From the IMG/VR virus record IMGVR_UViG_3300008267_000054, positions 52,440 to 116,439 of that record: a stretch of DNA of 64,000 bases; one strand, given 5' to 3'. This document shows, in pieces, positions 1 through 9,900 of the stretch. Source of the stretch: a virus. The notes beneath the pieces were generated by a model. It was not told the origin of the DNA. It saw only the letters and a list, made by a program, of their open reading frames with translations, and searched no databases. Every line of letters starts with the position of its first letter. The first letter of the stretch is position 1. Position numbers and translations under genes: made by a program.

Positions 1-1608
1 GAATCACCATTAACAGCTGCATACAAGTATATTGAAACAGCACCTAAGGGAGCGTATGCACTAGCATCAAGTAATAAAGGTGATGATTATATAAGAGTTA
101 AAAAGTTTGTTGAAGATCATGGAGAAAATGGTAAGTATGCAAGACCAGGGATATCTGTTCAAGAGCTTCCAATGGATCCAAAACCTTTACTATATAAAAA
201 TCGTAATGATGAGTTTAAAGGAAAGGGTATAAGTGCATCTGTTTTAAGAAATGATATTAAGCAGAAAAATCTCAAAAACTTCCAAACAAACTATCCAGGA
301 GTTCCAAGCGAAACTGTTTCCAATATCTTTAATATGCTTGTTAAGACTGTAAAAGAATCGGTTATGTTGACTGAGGGTGGAGGTGCCGGTCATCTAGCTC
401 ATCCATACGAAGACATGGATCTAACTTTCGCGGATATTGAAAGTATGATAGATGCAGCATTAGCTGGCAAACTTAATTTAGCACAAGAGAAGTTAGATGG
501 CCAAAATTTAATGGTATCCTATAAAAATGGTGGATTAGTAGCTGCAAGAAACAAAGGACAGCTTAAAAACTATGGTGAAAACTCTTTAAGCATCGAACAG
601 ATGAAAAAGCAGTTTAGTAATAGAGGGCAAATACAAGTTGCTTTTGTTGAAGCAATGAGAGATCTTGATAGTGCAATTAAAAATCTAAGTCCTCAAGAAA
701 AAGAAGAAATCTTTCAAAACGGAAAAAACTTTATATCGTTAGAAGTACTTTACCCTGGCACTGCAAATGTAATACCATATGGAGCAGCTCAGTTGAGATT
801 ACATCATGTTAAAACATACGATGAAAATGGTAATGTAGTTGATGAAACACAAGAGCCGGTAAAAAGATTGCAAGCAGCTTTAGAACAACAAAAGGCACAG
901 AACCAAAAAACCTACCAAATTAGAGCAACAGATCCAGCAACAATCAAACCAGACCAAGATTATGAAAGCAAGCGAAGTGAGTTTGTGCAGGAACTTGAGA
1001 AGCTAAGATCTAAGTATAACTTAAAGAGAGATGATAAAATGTCACTCTATTTTTACAATTGGTGGAAAGATTACATTACACAGAATGCTAAAGGATACAG
1101 GTACAAGATACCAGATCAAGTATTACAACTGCTAATCAATAGATGGGCATTTACTGATAAGACAACATCTATCAAGCAAATATACAATTTAATTAAAAAC
1201 GAAGACTTTAAAAATTGGGTTGTAAACTTTGATCGCACACAAGTTAATGATCAAAAGAAAATAGCTGGTCGACCGGTAGAAATGTTATTTTTAAAACTCG
1301 GAGCTCGTATATTAAAAAATCTTGAGAACCTTGTAACTCTAAATCCTGATCAGTCAGTTAGACAAATAAAAAAAGACCTCAATACATCAGTAGCTCAAAT
1401 TAAACAAGCAGCTTCATCACCAGATTATGCAGATGGCGAAGCAGCTCTGAGATTTTTAAAGAGAGAACTTGAGCGTATAAAAGATATAGGTGGTATGAGC
1501 ACAATTGTGCCAACTGAAGGTTTAGTGTTTACTTATAACGGAAAATTGTATAAGTTAACTGGTGCCTTTGCACCAATTAACCAAATACTAGGATACTTAA
1601 AATTCTAA
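1..1608 (+). CDS. 5'-truncated fusion: C-terminal part of a HIGH-superfamily (cytidyltransferase-like) nucleotidyltransferase joined to an ATP-dependent RNA/DNA-ligase-like domain
   Basis: Frame is open from base 1 (ESPLTAAYKY...), so 172 is not the true start. Contains an ISASVLR motif, then LTEGGGAGHLAHPYED, then ligase-type motifs QEKLDG (I), PTEGLVF (IV) and LYKLTG (V). Confidence 0.55.
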   Translation, partial: ESPLTAAYKYIETAPKGAYALASSNKGDDYIRVKKFVEDHGENGKYARPGISVQELPMDPKPLLYKNRNDEFKGKGISASVLRNDIKQKNLKNFQTNYPGVPSETVSNIFNMLVKTVKESVMLTEGGGAGHLAHPYEDMDLTFADIESMIDAALAGKLNLAQEKLDGQNLMVSYKNGGLVAARNKGQLKNYGENSLSIEQMKKQFSNRGQIQVAFVEAMRDLDSAIKNLSPQEKEEIFQNGKNFISLEVLYPGTANVIPYGAAQLRLHHVKTYDENGNVVDETQEPVKRLQAALEQQKAQNQKTYQIRATDPATIKPDQDYESKRSEFVQELEKLRSKYNLKRDDKMSLYFYNWWKDYITQNAKGYRYKIPDQVLQLLINRWAFTDKTTSIKQIYNLIKNEDFKNWVVNFDRTQVNDQKKIAGRPVEMLFLKLGARILKNLENLVTLNPDQSVRQIKKDLNTSVAQIKQAASSPDYADGEAALRFLKRELERIKDIGGMSTIVPTEGLVFTYNGKLYKLTGAFAPINQILGYLKF

Positions 1609-1955
1609 TGATGAAATTAAAAAGCATATTACAAAAGGAAATACTCAAAGAAGAGGAAATTCCATTGGCTGAGAAAAAAGAGGTAATTGGTGCATCACCA
1701 TTACTAAATCTCACCTTCCACCTAGACCACAAGTTCTCTAATGTTGGAGAAACTGGTAAACCCGAATTAACTTTTACAATAAGTGTTAGTTCTACTGGAG
1801 GAAAGGAGTATTACAAGATTGTGTCTGATCAGGCTGAAAAAGAAAAGTTTGAACTAGCAGTAAGAAAGGAAATTAATAAAGCTGCAAAAAGACTCAATAA
1901 GAATATGGAGTATATTGTTGAGAAGTATCAATTAAAACCAAGAGCAGAAGAATAA
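1608..1955 (+). CDS. hypothetical protein with MKLKxIL..E leader
   Basis: 115-aa ORF whose start overlaps the upstream stop. Confidence 0.75.
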   Translation: MMKLKSILQKEILKEEEIPLAEKKEVIGASPLLNLTFHLDHKFSNVGETGKPELTFTISVSSTGGKEYYKIVSDQAEKEKFELAVRKEINKAAKRLNKNMEYIVEKYQLKPRAEE

Positions 1956-1960
1956 ACTAT

Positions 1961-2413
1961 ATGTTACGACAAGAAGGAGATATCTGGACAGAAAAAGGAA
2001 AAACTTGGACCATTAAGAATGGTATCAAGAGAACTGTTAGTAAATTTTCACAAGTACGAAAAGACTTGCAAACACCACTTTGCTGCCCAAATTGCAGTAA
2101 GACAATTAACCGTGTAGACGAAAAGTTTTACAAATTTAATAAGATGTGTTTGGACTGTACCATTGAATTTGAGCATGAGTTGCTTAAACAAGATAAGTAC
2201 CAAGATTATGAGCGTGCACGAGTGTTAGCAAATGTTAAAGGATGTGTAGATGATTTAGATGTGTATTTTAATGAGTATTTTCAAAACGCATCAAACAAAT
2301 CGTATGTTACAGAAGATGGAGAGGTTGAAACATGGACTGGTAACTCTGTAAAAAGAGTTGAAGAAATTGTTAAACCCGAACTAGATAAACTGAAACAGCA
2401 ATTTGAAAAATAG
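1961..2413 (+). CDS. hypothetical protein with Zn-finger (CPNC...CLDC)
   Basis: 150-aa ORF with two CxxC pairs. Confidence 0.75.
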   Translation: MLRQEGDIWTEKGKTWTIKNGIKRTVSKFSQVRKDLQTPLCCPNCSKTINRVDEKFYKFNKMCLDCTIEFEHELLKQDKYQDYERARVLANVKGCVDDLDVYFNEYFQNASNKSYVTEDGEVETWTGNSVKRVEEIVKPELDKLKQQFEK

Positions 2414-2416
2414 CAT

Positions 2417-3025
2417 ATGAAAATACCAGTTGAATGGATTCCAATTTTAGCAGCATTTATAACCGGAATATTCGGACCGATTATAGTACGCTTTGCAGCA
2501 AAGAAGTTTGAGTCAACAAAAGATCCCTTAAATGATGCTTTTGTGTTTGGTGAAAAGGTAGAGGAGAAATTATATAGTATGCTTGAAGAATATCAAGCTG
2601 ATAGAATTTACATTCTACAATTTCACAATGGTGGTCATTATTACCCTACAGGCAAAAGCATACAAAAATTCAGTATGTTTTATGAGGTAACTAAAGACAC
2701 AAAATACTCAATAAGAAACAATTTTCAGAACATACCAGTACATCTTTTTTCAAAAAGCTTGAAACAACTATCCGAACACAACTTTATAGCAATAGACGAT
2801 TATAAGGATCCAACTGTAGCAACATTTGGATTAAAGTATATTGCTGAGGAGAGTGGTACAAAATCATCATATTTATTTACAGTAAGGAATATTGAAGATA
2901 GATTAATAGCTGTTATGGGTTTTGATTTCTATAAAAAGAATGCATTAGCACATGATAAAACAACTGAACTACAGATAGAAGCAGCTGCTATCGGTGGTGA
3001 ACTTGCAAAATACTTAAAGAAATGA
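2417..3025 (+). CDS. membrane-anchored GAF-like protein, possible T4 gpT-type holin
   Basis: Single N-terminal hydrophobic helix (WIPILAAFITGIFGPIIV) followed by a GAF-like pattern (ADRIYILQFH ... LIAVMGFDF). Confidence 0.45.
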   Translation: MKIPVEWIPILAAFITGIFGPIIVRFAAKKFESTKDPLNDAFVFGEKVEEKLYSMLEEYQADRIYILQFHNGGHYYPTGKSIQKFSMFYEVTKDTKYSIRNNFQNIPVHLFSKSLKQLSEHNFIAIDDYKDPTVATFGLKYIAEESGTKSSYLFTVRNIEDRLIAVMGFDFYKKNALAHDKTTELQIEAAAIGGELAKYLKK

Positions 3026-3456
3026 CATCAGAAGAATCAAAAGGACTTTGGCACAACATAAGAGCAAAAAGAGCTCGTGGTGAAAAGCCTGCTCCAAAAG
3101 GATCAGAGGAGTACAATAAAGCAGTGGCAGCAGCTAAAAAAATAAATGCCGATGAAGAAGTGACCATCTGTGAAAAATGTGCAGTGGCTCTTTTAGAAGA
3201 TATCAAGGCTGGTTTATTTGAAGCTGAGTACCAAGGTCGAGATGTCGCGCTTAATAAACCTATGAGAGGTGATGTTAAGAAGTTTAAGGTGTATGTTAAA
3301 AAGGGTGACAAGGTTGTGAAAGTTAACTTTGGTGATCCTAACATGAGAATAAAAAAGTCTAATCCTGAACGTAGAAAATCATTTAGAGCTAGGCACAATT
3401 GTGATAACCCTGGACCAAAAACTAAAGCTAGATACTGGTCCTGCAGAAAATGGTAA
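3022..3456 (+). CDS. basic phage protein (KVNFGDP...RRKSFRARH.C...ARYWSC..W type)
   Basis: 144-aa ORF with a motif recurrent in T4-like phages; two modules separated by an LFE site. Confidence 0.7.
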   Translation: MTSEESKGLWHNIRAKRARGEKPAPKGSEEYNKAVAAAKKINADEEVTICEKCAVALLEDIKAGLFEAEYQGRDVALNKPMRGDVKKFKVYVKKGDKVVKVNFGDPNMRIKKSNPERRKSFRARHNCDNPGPKTKARYWSCRKW

Positions 3457-3457
3457 C

Positions 3458-3754
3458 ATGCCGTACAAATATAAAAAAGTAGGAGACGAGTATGTCGTAT
3501 ACAAAAAATCAGGTGAGAGAGTTGGTGCAACTGCTGGTAATAAAGAAGCATTGCGTAAGTATCTTGCCGCATTACATATAAACGCTAAAGAAAATACAAC
3601 TATGACAAAAGAACAACAACTTCGTGAATACATCCGCAAAGAAATTAAAAAGGCTTTGAAAGAGGAAGAAGCAAAGCCGGATTACTTGGATGCTGATAAG
3701 GATGGTGATAAAAAAGAGCCAATGAAAAAAGCTTTTAAAGATAAAGAAAAATAA
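3458..3754 (+). CDS. hypothetical protein with LRxxIRxEI motif and DxDxDG (EF-hand-like) loop
   Basis: ATG at 3458 directly follows the previous stop (preferred over 3401); contains KPDYLDADKDGDKKEPMKKA. Confidence 0.7.
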   Translation: MPYKYKKVGDEYVVYKKSGERVGATAGNKEALRKYLAALHINAKENTTMTKEQQLREYIRKEIKKALKEEEAKPDYLDADKDGDKKEPMKKAFKDKEK

Positions 3755-4062
3755 TGATAAAGCTCAAATCTTTATTAAAAGAAGAGATGACTAATTTGGG
3801 TGGAATGAAAATTCCAATCCAACTTGTAGATCTTTATTTTGCATTGGAAAAATGTCCAAAGGGCAACATATACGCATCTGCTCAAGATCAAACTAGATTA
3901 TTTAAAGCTTTGAGTAAATTTGGAGAAACCGCGGTTGTACAACCACTACTAAACAAAATTAATAATGTTTATGGTGAAAAGGGTTTTTATCTACTTAACC
4001 AGCAGGAAATTGATCCAACTAAACCAATAATGTTTCACTACATACCAAATGATCAAGCTTAA
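3754..4062 (+). CDS. hypothetical protein, MIKLKSLLKE leader
   Basis: 102-aa ORF, translationally coupled to upstream gene. Confidence 0.75.
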   Translation: MIKLKSLLKEEMTNLGGMKIPIQLVDLYFALEKCPKGNIYASAQDQTRLFKALSKFGETAVVQPLLNKINNVYGEKGFYLLNQQEIDPTKPIMFHYIPNDQA

Positions 4063-4291
4063 AGAAATTTTAGACGAAAAGAAGGAAGTTTATGTTCCTT
4101 ATATGTACTCCAAGGATGGATTTGGATGTCATGTATGTAAGTTCTATTACAAAGAGGGTAATACCCATATGTGTAATAACGTTGATTACGTTAAGTATAA
4201 TAAGGGTAGTGAGGTGTTGGTAGATAATAATGGTAAACCTATAACGGATCCATCTAAGTGGTGTTCTAACTGGTTTAAACCAAATGATTAA
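4049..4291 (+). CDS. small Cys-rich protein (CxxC...C...WC), MIKLKEILDE leader
   Basis: 80-aa ORF with four Cys in a metal-binding arrangement. Confidence 0.7.
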   Translation: MIKLKEILDEKKEVYVPYMYSKDGFGCHVCKFYYKEGNTHMCNNVDYVKYNKGSEVLVDNNGKPITDPSKWCSNWFKPND

Positions 4292-4790
4292 GTTAAGCAA
4301 TATACTAGAGACTACTAATAAGGGATACACAATCTATTGTGATATGGATGGTGTACTTTGTGATTTCAACGCCGCTTACAGGGATCTATCGGGAGGATAC
4401 ACATTTGATGAGTATATTCAAGAGTATGACGTTCGAGCAGCATGGAAATTAATAAATGATGAAGGTGCTGAATGGTGGGCAAATCTACCATGGATGCCGG
4501 GAGGAGAGCAGTTATGGAAAACAATAAAGAAATACAAACCAACTCTACTATCAGCTCCATCTGCAGACCCATCAAGTATTGAAGGTAAAAAGCAGTGGAT
4601 AAATAAACACTTAGGTTATCAAAAAGCAATATTTGTACCAGCAAAGATGAAACAAAAATACGCTGATCAGTATAGCATACTAATTGATGATTATATTAGA
4701 AACGTTGAACAGTGGGGAGCAAAAGGTGGTATTGCAATTATGCATGTTGATTTAAACACAACATTAAATGAATTACGACCATATTTATAA
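4284..4790 (+). CDS. HAD-family 5'(3')-deoxyribonucleotidase-like protein
   Basis: Motif I IYCDMDGVLCDF and motif IV LIDD; starts with MIKLSNILE leader. Confidence 0.8.
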   Translation: MIKLSNILETTNKGYTIYCDMDGVLCDFNAAYRDLSGGYTFDEYIQEYDVRAAWKLINDEGAEWWANLPWMPGGEQLWKTIKKYKPTLLSAPSADPSSIEGKKQWINKHLGYQKAIFVPAKMKQKYADQYSILIDDYIRNVEQWGAKGGIAIMHVDLNTTLNELRPYL

Positions 4791-4802
4791 AAAACATATA
4801 AG

Positions 4803-5066
4803 ATGAATAAAAATCCCAAACTATATAATGCAGTGATGAAAAAGGACTTGCAGCTAAGTCCAGAATTACTTAATCTCATTGACGATCAAACACAAGACAT
4901 GGATCTACAAGTAATCTCTAAAGGATGGGTTGCAGATACAATTGAGATGTTAAAAGATACAGAATTAATACGCACCGATGACGAGTATGATGAAAACCTT
5001 GTTACTGAGTTGGCTGAATTAGCGAGACTAATGATTGAAAAAAGAATTCAAGTAATCGTATTATGA
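4803..5066 (+). CDS. hypothetical acidic protein
   Basis: 87-aa ORF preceded by TATTTATA (4782-4789). Confidence 0.65.
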   Translation: MNKNPKLYNAVMKKDLQLSPELLNLIDDQTQDMDLQVISKGWVADTIEMLKDTELIRTDDEYDENLVTELAELARLMIEKRIQVIVL

Positions 5067-5242
5067 AATTAAAAAACCTACTACCGATCCGAGAGGCAAA
5101 AGAGGAAATGACAGACGCAACGGTTTGTAAGATGAAACTAAAGGATGGCAGAGTTGAACATATTATGTTTGATGACAAGGATAAGAAGAACTTTGATGCT
5201 AAGACAACTAAATTTTTAGAAATTTATAAAGATGCGAAATAA
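5063..5242 (+). CDS. 59-aa hypothetical protein missing from the ORF track (MKLKNLLPIREAKEE...)
   Basis: Hand translation: ATG 5063 to TAA 5240-5242. Fills the gap, overlaps both neighbours, and carries the shared MKLKxLL..E leader. Confidence 0.7.
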   Translation: MKLKNLLPIREAKEEMTDATVCKMKLKDGRVEHIMFDDKDKKNFDAKTTKFLEIYKDAK

Positions 5243-5567
5243 ATCCAAAATACAAGAAAACCAATTTCGTGCGTTAGTTCGTAATGAAATTGCTAAAATA
5301 ATGAAAGAACAAGAAGATGAGCAAATTCCAAGCAAGGAGAAAGGAGCTGATCAAAAGGCTCCTGAAGAGGAAAAGCCTAAAAAAGATCGTGGTGAGGCAC
5401 TTGAAAAAATCACCTACTCATACACAAGAGCTTTAAAAAACAATTTACAACAGCTATCCTCAGAAGAGCTAGCAGAAGTAATGGATTCAATATTAGACCA
5501 TTTTGGATTTGGTAAAGATGGTAAGATGGATGTTCTTAGAACATTAAAGAACAAGATCCAATATTAA
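5232..5567 (+). CDS. hypothetical protein with FRxLVRxEI motif
   Basis: 111-aa ORF directly upstream of the terminase. Confidence 0.7.
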   Translation: MRNKSKIQENQFRALVRNEIAKIMKEQEDEQIPSKEKGADQKAPEEEKPKKDRGEALEKITYSYTRALKNNLQQLSSEELAEVMDSILDHFGFGKDGKMDVLRTLKNKIQY

Positions 5568-5590
5568 TTTAGATAGGTTACAGTAGGACT

Positions 5591-7171
5591 ATGAGCGAAC
5601 AGCAAAAGTCTATAAAAGAAATTATACGGGAAGAGTATAAGAAGTGTGCAACAGACCCAGCATACTTTATGAAAAAGTACTGTGTAATTCAGCACCCAAC
5701 AAAAGGTAAAATTCCATTTCAACTATTTCCATACCAGGAAGATGCTATTAGCAAATTTAATGAGTATGATAGAAATATTATTTTAAAATCTAGACAGCTT
5801 GGTATATCAACGCTAATTGCTGGATACTCACTGTGGATGATTCTTTTCAACAATGATAAGAATATACTTGTTGTTGCAATAGATCAACAAACATCCAAAA
5901 ACCTTGTAACAAAGGTTAGAGTGATGTATGAAAATTTACCTTCCTGGCTAAGATTAAAATCAGCAGAGGATAATAAACTATCATTACGTTTAGTCAATGG
6001 TTCACAAATTAAGGCAGTTGCATCAACCGGAACATCTGGTCGTTCAGAAGCTTTATCACTTGTAATTATTGATGAAGCTGCTTTCGTAGACAATGCAGAG
6101 GAGTTGTGGGCATCACTACAACAAACACTTTCAACCGGTGGTAGAGGTATTATTTTATCAACACCAAATGGAACAGGAAACTTTTTTCACAAACTTTGGA
6201 CTGCAGCTGAATCAGGTCAAAACAAATTCAACACACTTAGACTACCTTGGCAAGTACATCCTGAAAGGGACATAAATTGGAGAAAGCGACAAGATGAGGA
6301 GTTAGGAATAAGATTAGCTGCACAGGAATGTGACTGTGACTTCTCTACATCCGGTAATACTGTTATTGATCCAGTGATACTTGGAGAAATACTGAAATCA
6401 TCTGTCAAGGATCCACTATACACAAGAGGGTTTGATAATAATTTGTGGGTATGGCAACAACCAGACTACTCAAAGGATTATATTGTAACAGCTGACGTAG
6501 CAAGAGGTGATGGTAGTGACTACTCAGGATTCCACGTAATAGAGGTGGAGTCTATGGAACAAGTAGCAGAATACAAAGGCCAACTATCAACTAAGGACTA
6601 CGGTAATATGCTTGTATCGATTGCAACTGAATACAATGATGCATTACTTGTGGTAGAAAATGCTAACGTAGGTTGGGCAACAATAGATCAAATTATTACA
6701 AGAGGTTACAAAAATCTATACTATAGTTACAAAGATAATCTATTTGATTCAGATGCTTTTTTAACAAGAGGATACGATATTGCTAATAAATCTGACATGG
6801 TCGCTGGATTTACTATGAGTCATAAGATCAGACCGCTTGCAATATCGAAAATGGATTTGTATATTAGAGAAAGAGTTTGCACAATTCGTAGCAGGAGATT
6901 GATTGATGAGTTACTTGTGTTTGTATGGAAAAACGATAAGGCACAAGCTCAAAGTGGATATAATGATGACTTAGTGTTGTCATATGCACAAGGCATGTGG
7001 GTTCGTGACACGGCTTTAAAATTAAGACAAGCTGGTATCGAGTTGAATAAGATGGCAGTCTCAAATATTCAAAAAACAATGGCGATCAGAACGACCAATA
7101 ACCTTAATACTAACCCCTGGAAAGTTGAAACAAAAAATGGTAACCAGGAAGATATTACTTGGTTATTATAG
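5591..7171 (+). CDS. terL: terminase large subunit (T4 gp17-like)
   Basis: Walker A region LKSRQLGIST, Walker B IIDEAAF, STPNG motif, nuclease motifs ADVARG and NDDLV. Confidence 0.95.
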   Translation: MSEQQKSIKEIIREEYKKCATDPAYFMKKYCVIQHPTKGKIPFQLFPYQEDAISKFNEYDRNIILKSRQLGISTLIAGYSLWMILFNNDKNILVVAIDQQTSKNLVTKVRVMYENLPSWLRLKSAEDNKLSLRLVNGSQIKAVASTGTSGRSEALSLVIIDEAAFVDNAEELWASLQQTLSTGGRGIILSTPNGTGNFFHKLWTAAESGQNKFNTLRLPWQVHPERDINWRKRQDEELGIRLAAQECDCDFSTSGNTVIDPVILGEILKSSVKDPLYTRGFDNNLWVWQQPDYSKDYIVTADVARGDGSDYSGFHVIEVESMEQVAEYKGQLSTKDYGNMLVSIATEYNDALLVVENANVGWATIDQIITRGYKNLYYSYKDNLFDSDAFLTRGYDIANKSDMVAGFTMSHKIRPLAISKMDLYIRERVCTIRSRRLIDELLVFVWKNDKAQAQSGYNDDLVLSYAQGMWVRDTALKLRQAGIELNKMAVSNIQKTMAIRTTNNLNTNPWKVETKNGNQEDITWLL

Positions 7172-7180
7172 TTCGTGCCA

Positions 7181-7188
7181 TATTTATA
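7181..7188 (+). promoter_or_regulatory. late-gene motif TATTTATA (representative copy)
   Basis: Also at 4782, 9026, 10589, 12171, 15195, 15897, 17050, 19563, 22793, 28059, 35042, 38374, 39504, 56498 and 59295; variants at 26691, 35370 and 37791. Confidence 0.75.
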
Positions 7189-7200
7189 AAAAAAGTATAG

Positions 7201-9021
7201 ATGGCCGAAAACAATTTATTTAACAGGCTTAAAAAATTATTTAGCACTGACGTAATCATTAGAAACGTTGGTGGTAATCAGTTAAAGGTTATTGATACCG
7301 ATAGAATTCAATCGGCGGGTAATATTGAAACTAATAGACGTGTCGATAGATGGTCTAGAGTATATCAACATACCCCAGGATTAAGTTACTATCAAGGACA
7401 GTTACTACACAGTTCACGTATAGAATTGTTTCGTGATTACGAAGCCATGGATACGGACAGTATTATAGCCAGCGCATTAGATATATACGCAGATGAATGT
7501 ACATCGAGAGATGAGTTTGGAGACGTATTAACAATCAGAACGCAAAACGAAAGAGTTTACAAAGTTTTGCGTAATCTATTTTATGATGTGCTTAACATTG
7601 AGTTCAATATGTGGCCGTGGACTCGCAATATGCTAAAGTATGGTGATTTTTATCTACACCTAAATATAGCAGATAAGTTTGGGGTAATTGGTGTTGATCC
7701 AATATCAGCTTACGAGATTATTAGAGATGAAATGTTTGATCCTGAGAATCCACACAGAGTGAGATTTAAAAGAGACGTTTCAGCTATTAGTGGCTATGCT
7801 ACTATCAACCAAAATGGTGAAGAGTATGATAACTATGAAATAGCACACTTTCGTTTATTAACTGATACCAATTTCTTACCATATGGTCGATCTATAATTG
7901 AACCTTCTAGAAAAGTTTGGAAACAGATTGTACTGATGGAAGATGCGATGTTGATTCATCGTATTATGAGAGCTCCAGATAAGAGAGTTTTTAAAATTGA
8001 TATTGGTAATATCCCACCAAATGAAGTAGATGCGTTTATGGAACTTACCATAAACAAAATGAAAAAGGTTCCATACATGGATCCCGAAACTGGTCAATAC
8101 AATTTGAAGTTTAACATGCAGAACATGATGGAAGACTTTTACTTACCGGTTCGTGGTGGTGAAAGCGGTACAACTATCGACAATCTGACCGGTTTAAATT
8201 TTGATAGCATTCAAGATATTGAATACCTAAAGAATAGGTTGTTAGGTTCCTTAAAAATACCAAAAGCATATTTGGGATATGAAGAGGATACAAGTGGTAA
8301 AGCAACGTTAGCATCTCAAGATTTTAGATTTGCTAGAACTATCGAGAGAGTGCAGCGTATTATGGTGTCTGAACTATATAAGATAGCTGTAATTCACTTA
8401 TACGCACAAGGATTTAAGGATGATGAGGTTGTAGATTTTGAGTTGAGCTTTACGGCACCATCTACAGTATATGAAAAGGAGAAGGTTGAATTGTGGACCA
8501 GTAAAATGACATTGGCTGGTGACATGATGGACAAAAAGCTCTTTAGCAAAGAGTGGATATATGAAAACCTATTTAATCTATCACCTGAGCAGTATGCTAA
8601 GGAAATGGAAAAGATGGTTGTGGATAGTAAAGAATTCTTCCGTCTCGAGCAAATTAAAAACGAAGGTAATGACCCAGTAAAAACAGGTCAATCCTTTGGA
8701 ACAGCACATGATCTTGCATCCTTATATAAGGGTAATGGAGGTATACCAAAAGGCTATGATGAAAGAGAGCCTGCACCTGATGGTGGATGGCCAGGAGCTG
8801 GTCGACCAGAAGAACCCGGATCATATGGTACACACCAACATCCACTTGGATGGGATCCACTTGGCTCAAAAGCAATAAGAAAAGTTTATGAGAGAGCAGA
8901 TGCTATGACAGCTGCTGGCAGACTAAAAGACTTCAAAAGTAAGGCTGTAAAGCAAACTATATTGGAGCAAAAAAGTACGCAAGAAGGTATGTTGGACGAA
9001 TCTGGACTATTAGATGAATAA
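7201..9021 (+). CDS. gp20: portal protein (T4 gp20-like)
   Basis: MEDAMLIHRIMRAPDKRVFKIDIGN and EDFYLPVRGG motifs; follows terL. Confidence 0.95.
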   Translation: MAENNLFNRLKKLFSTDVIIRNVGGNQLKVIDTDRIQSAGNIETNRRVDRWSRVYQHTPGLSYYQGQLLHSSRIELFRDYEAMDTDSIIASALDIYADECTSRDEFGDVLTIRTQNERVYKVLRNLFYDVLNIEFNMWPWTRNMLKYGDFYLHLNIADKFGVIGVDPISAYEIIRDEMFDPENPHRVRFKRDVSAISGYATINQNGEEYDNYEIAHFRLLTDTNFLPYGRSIIEPSRKVWKQIVLMEDAMLIHRIMRAPDKRVFKIDIGNIPPNEVDAFMELTINKMKKVPYMDPETGQYNLKFNMQNMMEDFYLPVRGGESGTTIDNLTGLNFDSIQDIEYLKNRLLGSLKIPKAYLGYEEDTSGKATLASQDFRFARTIERVQRIMVSELYKIAVIHLYAQGFKDDEVVDFELSFTAPSTVYEKEKVELWTSKMTLAGDMMDKKLFSKEWIYENLFNLSPEQYAKEMEKMVVDSKEFFRLEQIKNEGNDPVKTGQSFGTAHDLASLYKGNGGIPKGYDEREPAPDGGWPGAGRPEEPGSYGTHQHPLGWDPLGSKAIRKVYERADAMTAAGRLKDFKSKAVKQTILEQKSTQEGMLDESGLLDE

Positions 9022-9036
9022 ACGATATTTATATAC

Positions 9037-9900
9037 ATGAAAAAATCAACTCATTCCAAAATAAAAAACACCGTAATTCTCTTTGAATTATTATCTAGGC
9101 AAATAGCAGCAGATACAATACAAGGAAAAGAAAATTCTCCTGCTATCAAGCTAATCAAGGAGTACTTCAATAGTACTACTTGCCTAGCAAAAGAGTTGAC
9201 GCTATACCAATCCCTTATAAGTGAAAGCTACAAGTCAAAGGACAAGGCAAACTATCTAATCAACGCAGTTGTAAAAGCTAGAAAGGCTATTGACATTGAA
9301 AAGCTTAGAAGTGAGAAGTACAATCTAGTAAAGGAGATCAAAAAGCATTATGATCTAGAAGCTTTTTTCAAAACATCTCTAACAGACTATAAACTATATG
9401 CATCAATATACAGAATCTTTGAAGGAGCTGTTGCAGTTAATCCAAATGAGTTAGTTAATAGTCGATTCACTATCATAGAACACATTGTTGATAAAAAGAA
9501 GCTGAAAAGTGATGGTGACAAAACACAAAAGTTAATCAACGAATATACAAAGCAAGATGAAAGTGTTAGATTATTAGCATATCGTTTGCTTGTAGACAAG
9601 TTTAACGAGAAGTATAAAAACTTATCAGACAAACAAAAAAATGTACTGAAAGAGTATATTAATAACGTGTCTAATACAGCTACATTAAAGACCTTTGTTG
9701 TTGAAGAAGCTGGCAACCTAAAAAAGACTTTATCAAAGCAAGCTACAGAGGTAAAGGATCAAGTAATAAGGATCAAATTAAAGGAAGTTGTTAGTTTGCT
9801 TGGAAAATATGAGAAGATGAAAGTGGTTAATGAAAACCACGTATTATCTTTGTTACTTTATTATGAACTACATAAGGAATTGAAAAATGCTCACAAATAA
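9037..9900 (+). CDS. hypothetical head-module protein
   Basis: 287-aa helical ORF between portal and protease, with TATTTATA upstream. Confidence 0.75.
   Translation: MKKSTHSKIKNTVILFELLSRQIAADTIQGKENSPAIKLIKEYFNSTTCLAKELTLYQSLISESYKSKDKANYLINAVVKARKAIDIEKLRSEKYNLVKEIKKHYDLEAFFKTSLTDYKLYASIYRIFEGAVAVNPNELVNSRFTIIEHIVDKKKLKSDGDKTQKLINEYTKQDESVRLLAYRLLVDKFNEKYKNLSDKQKNVLKEYINNVSNTATLKTFVVEEAGNLKKTLSKQATEVKDQVIRIKLKEVVSLLGKYEKMKVVNENHVLSLLLYYELHKELKNAHK

Noticed and set aside
5232-5567. ORF upstream of terL as the small terminase subunit
   Set aside because: Position is suggestive but I recognise no gp16-like motif, and it carries the shared type 2 leader instead
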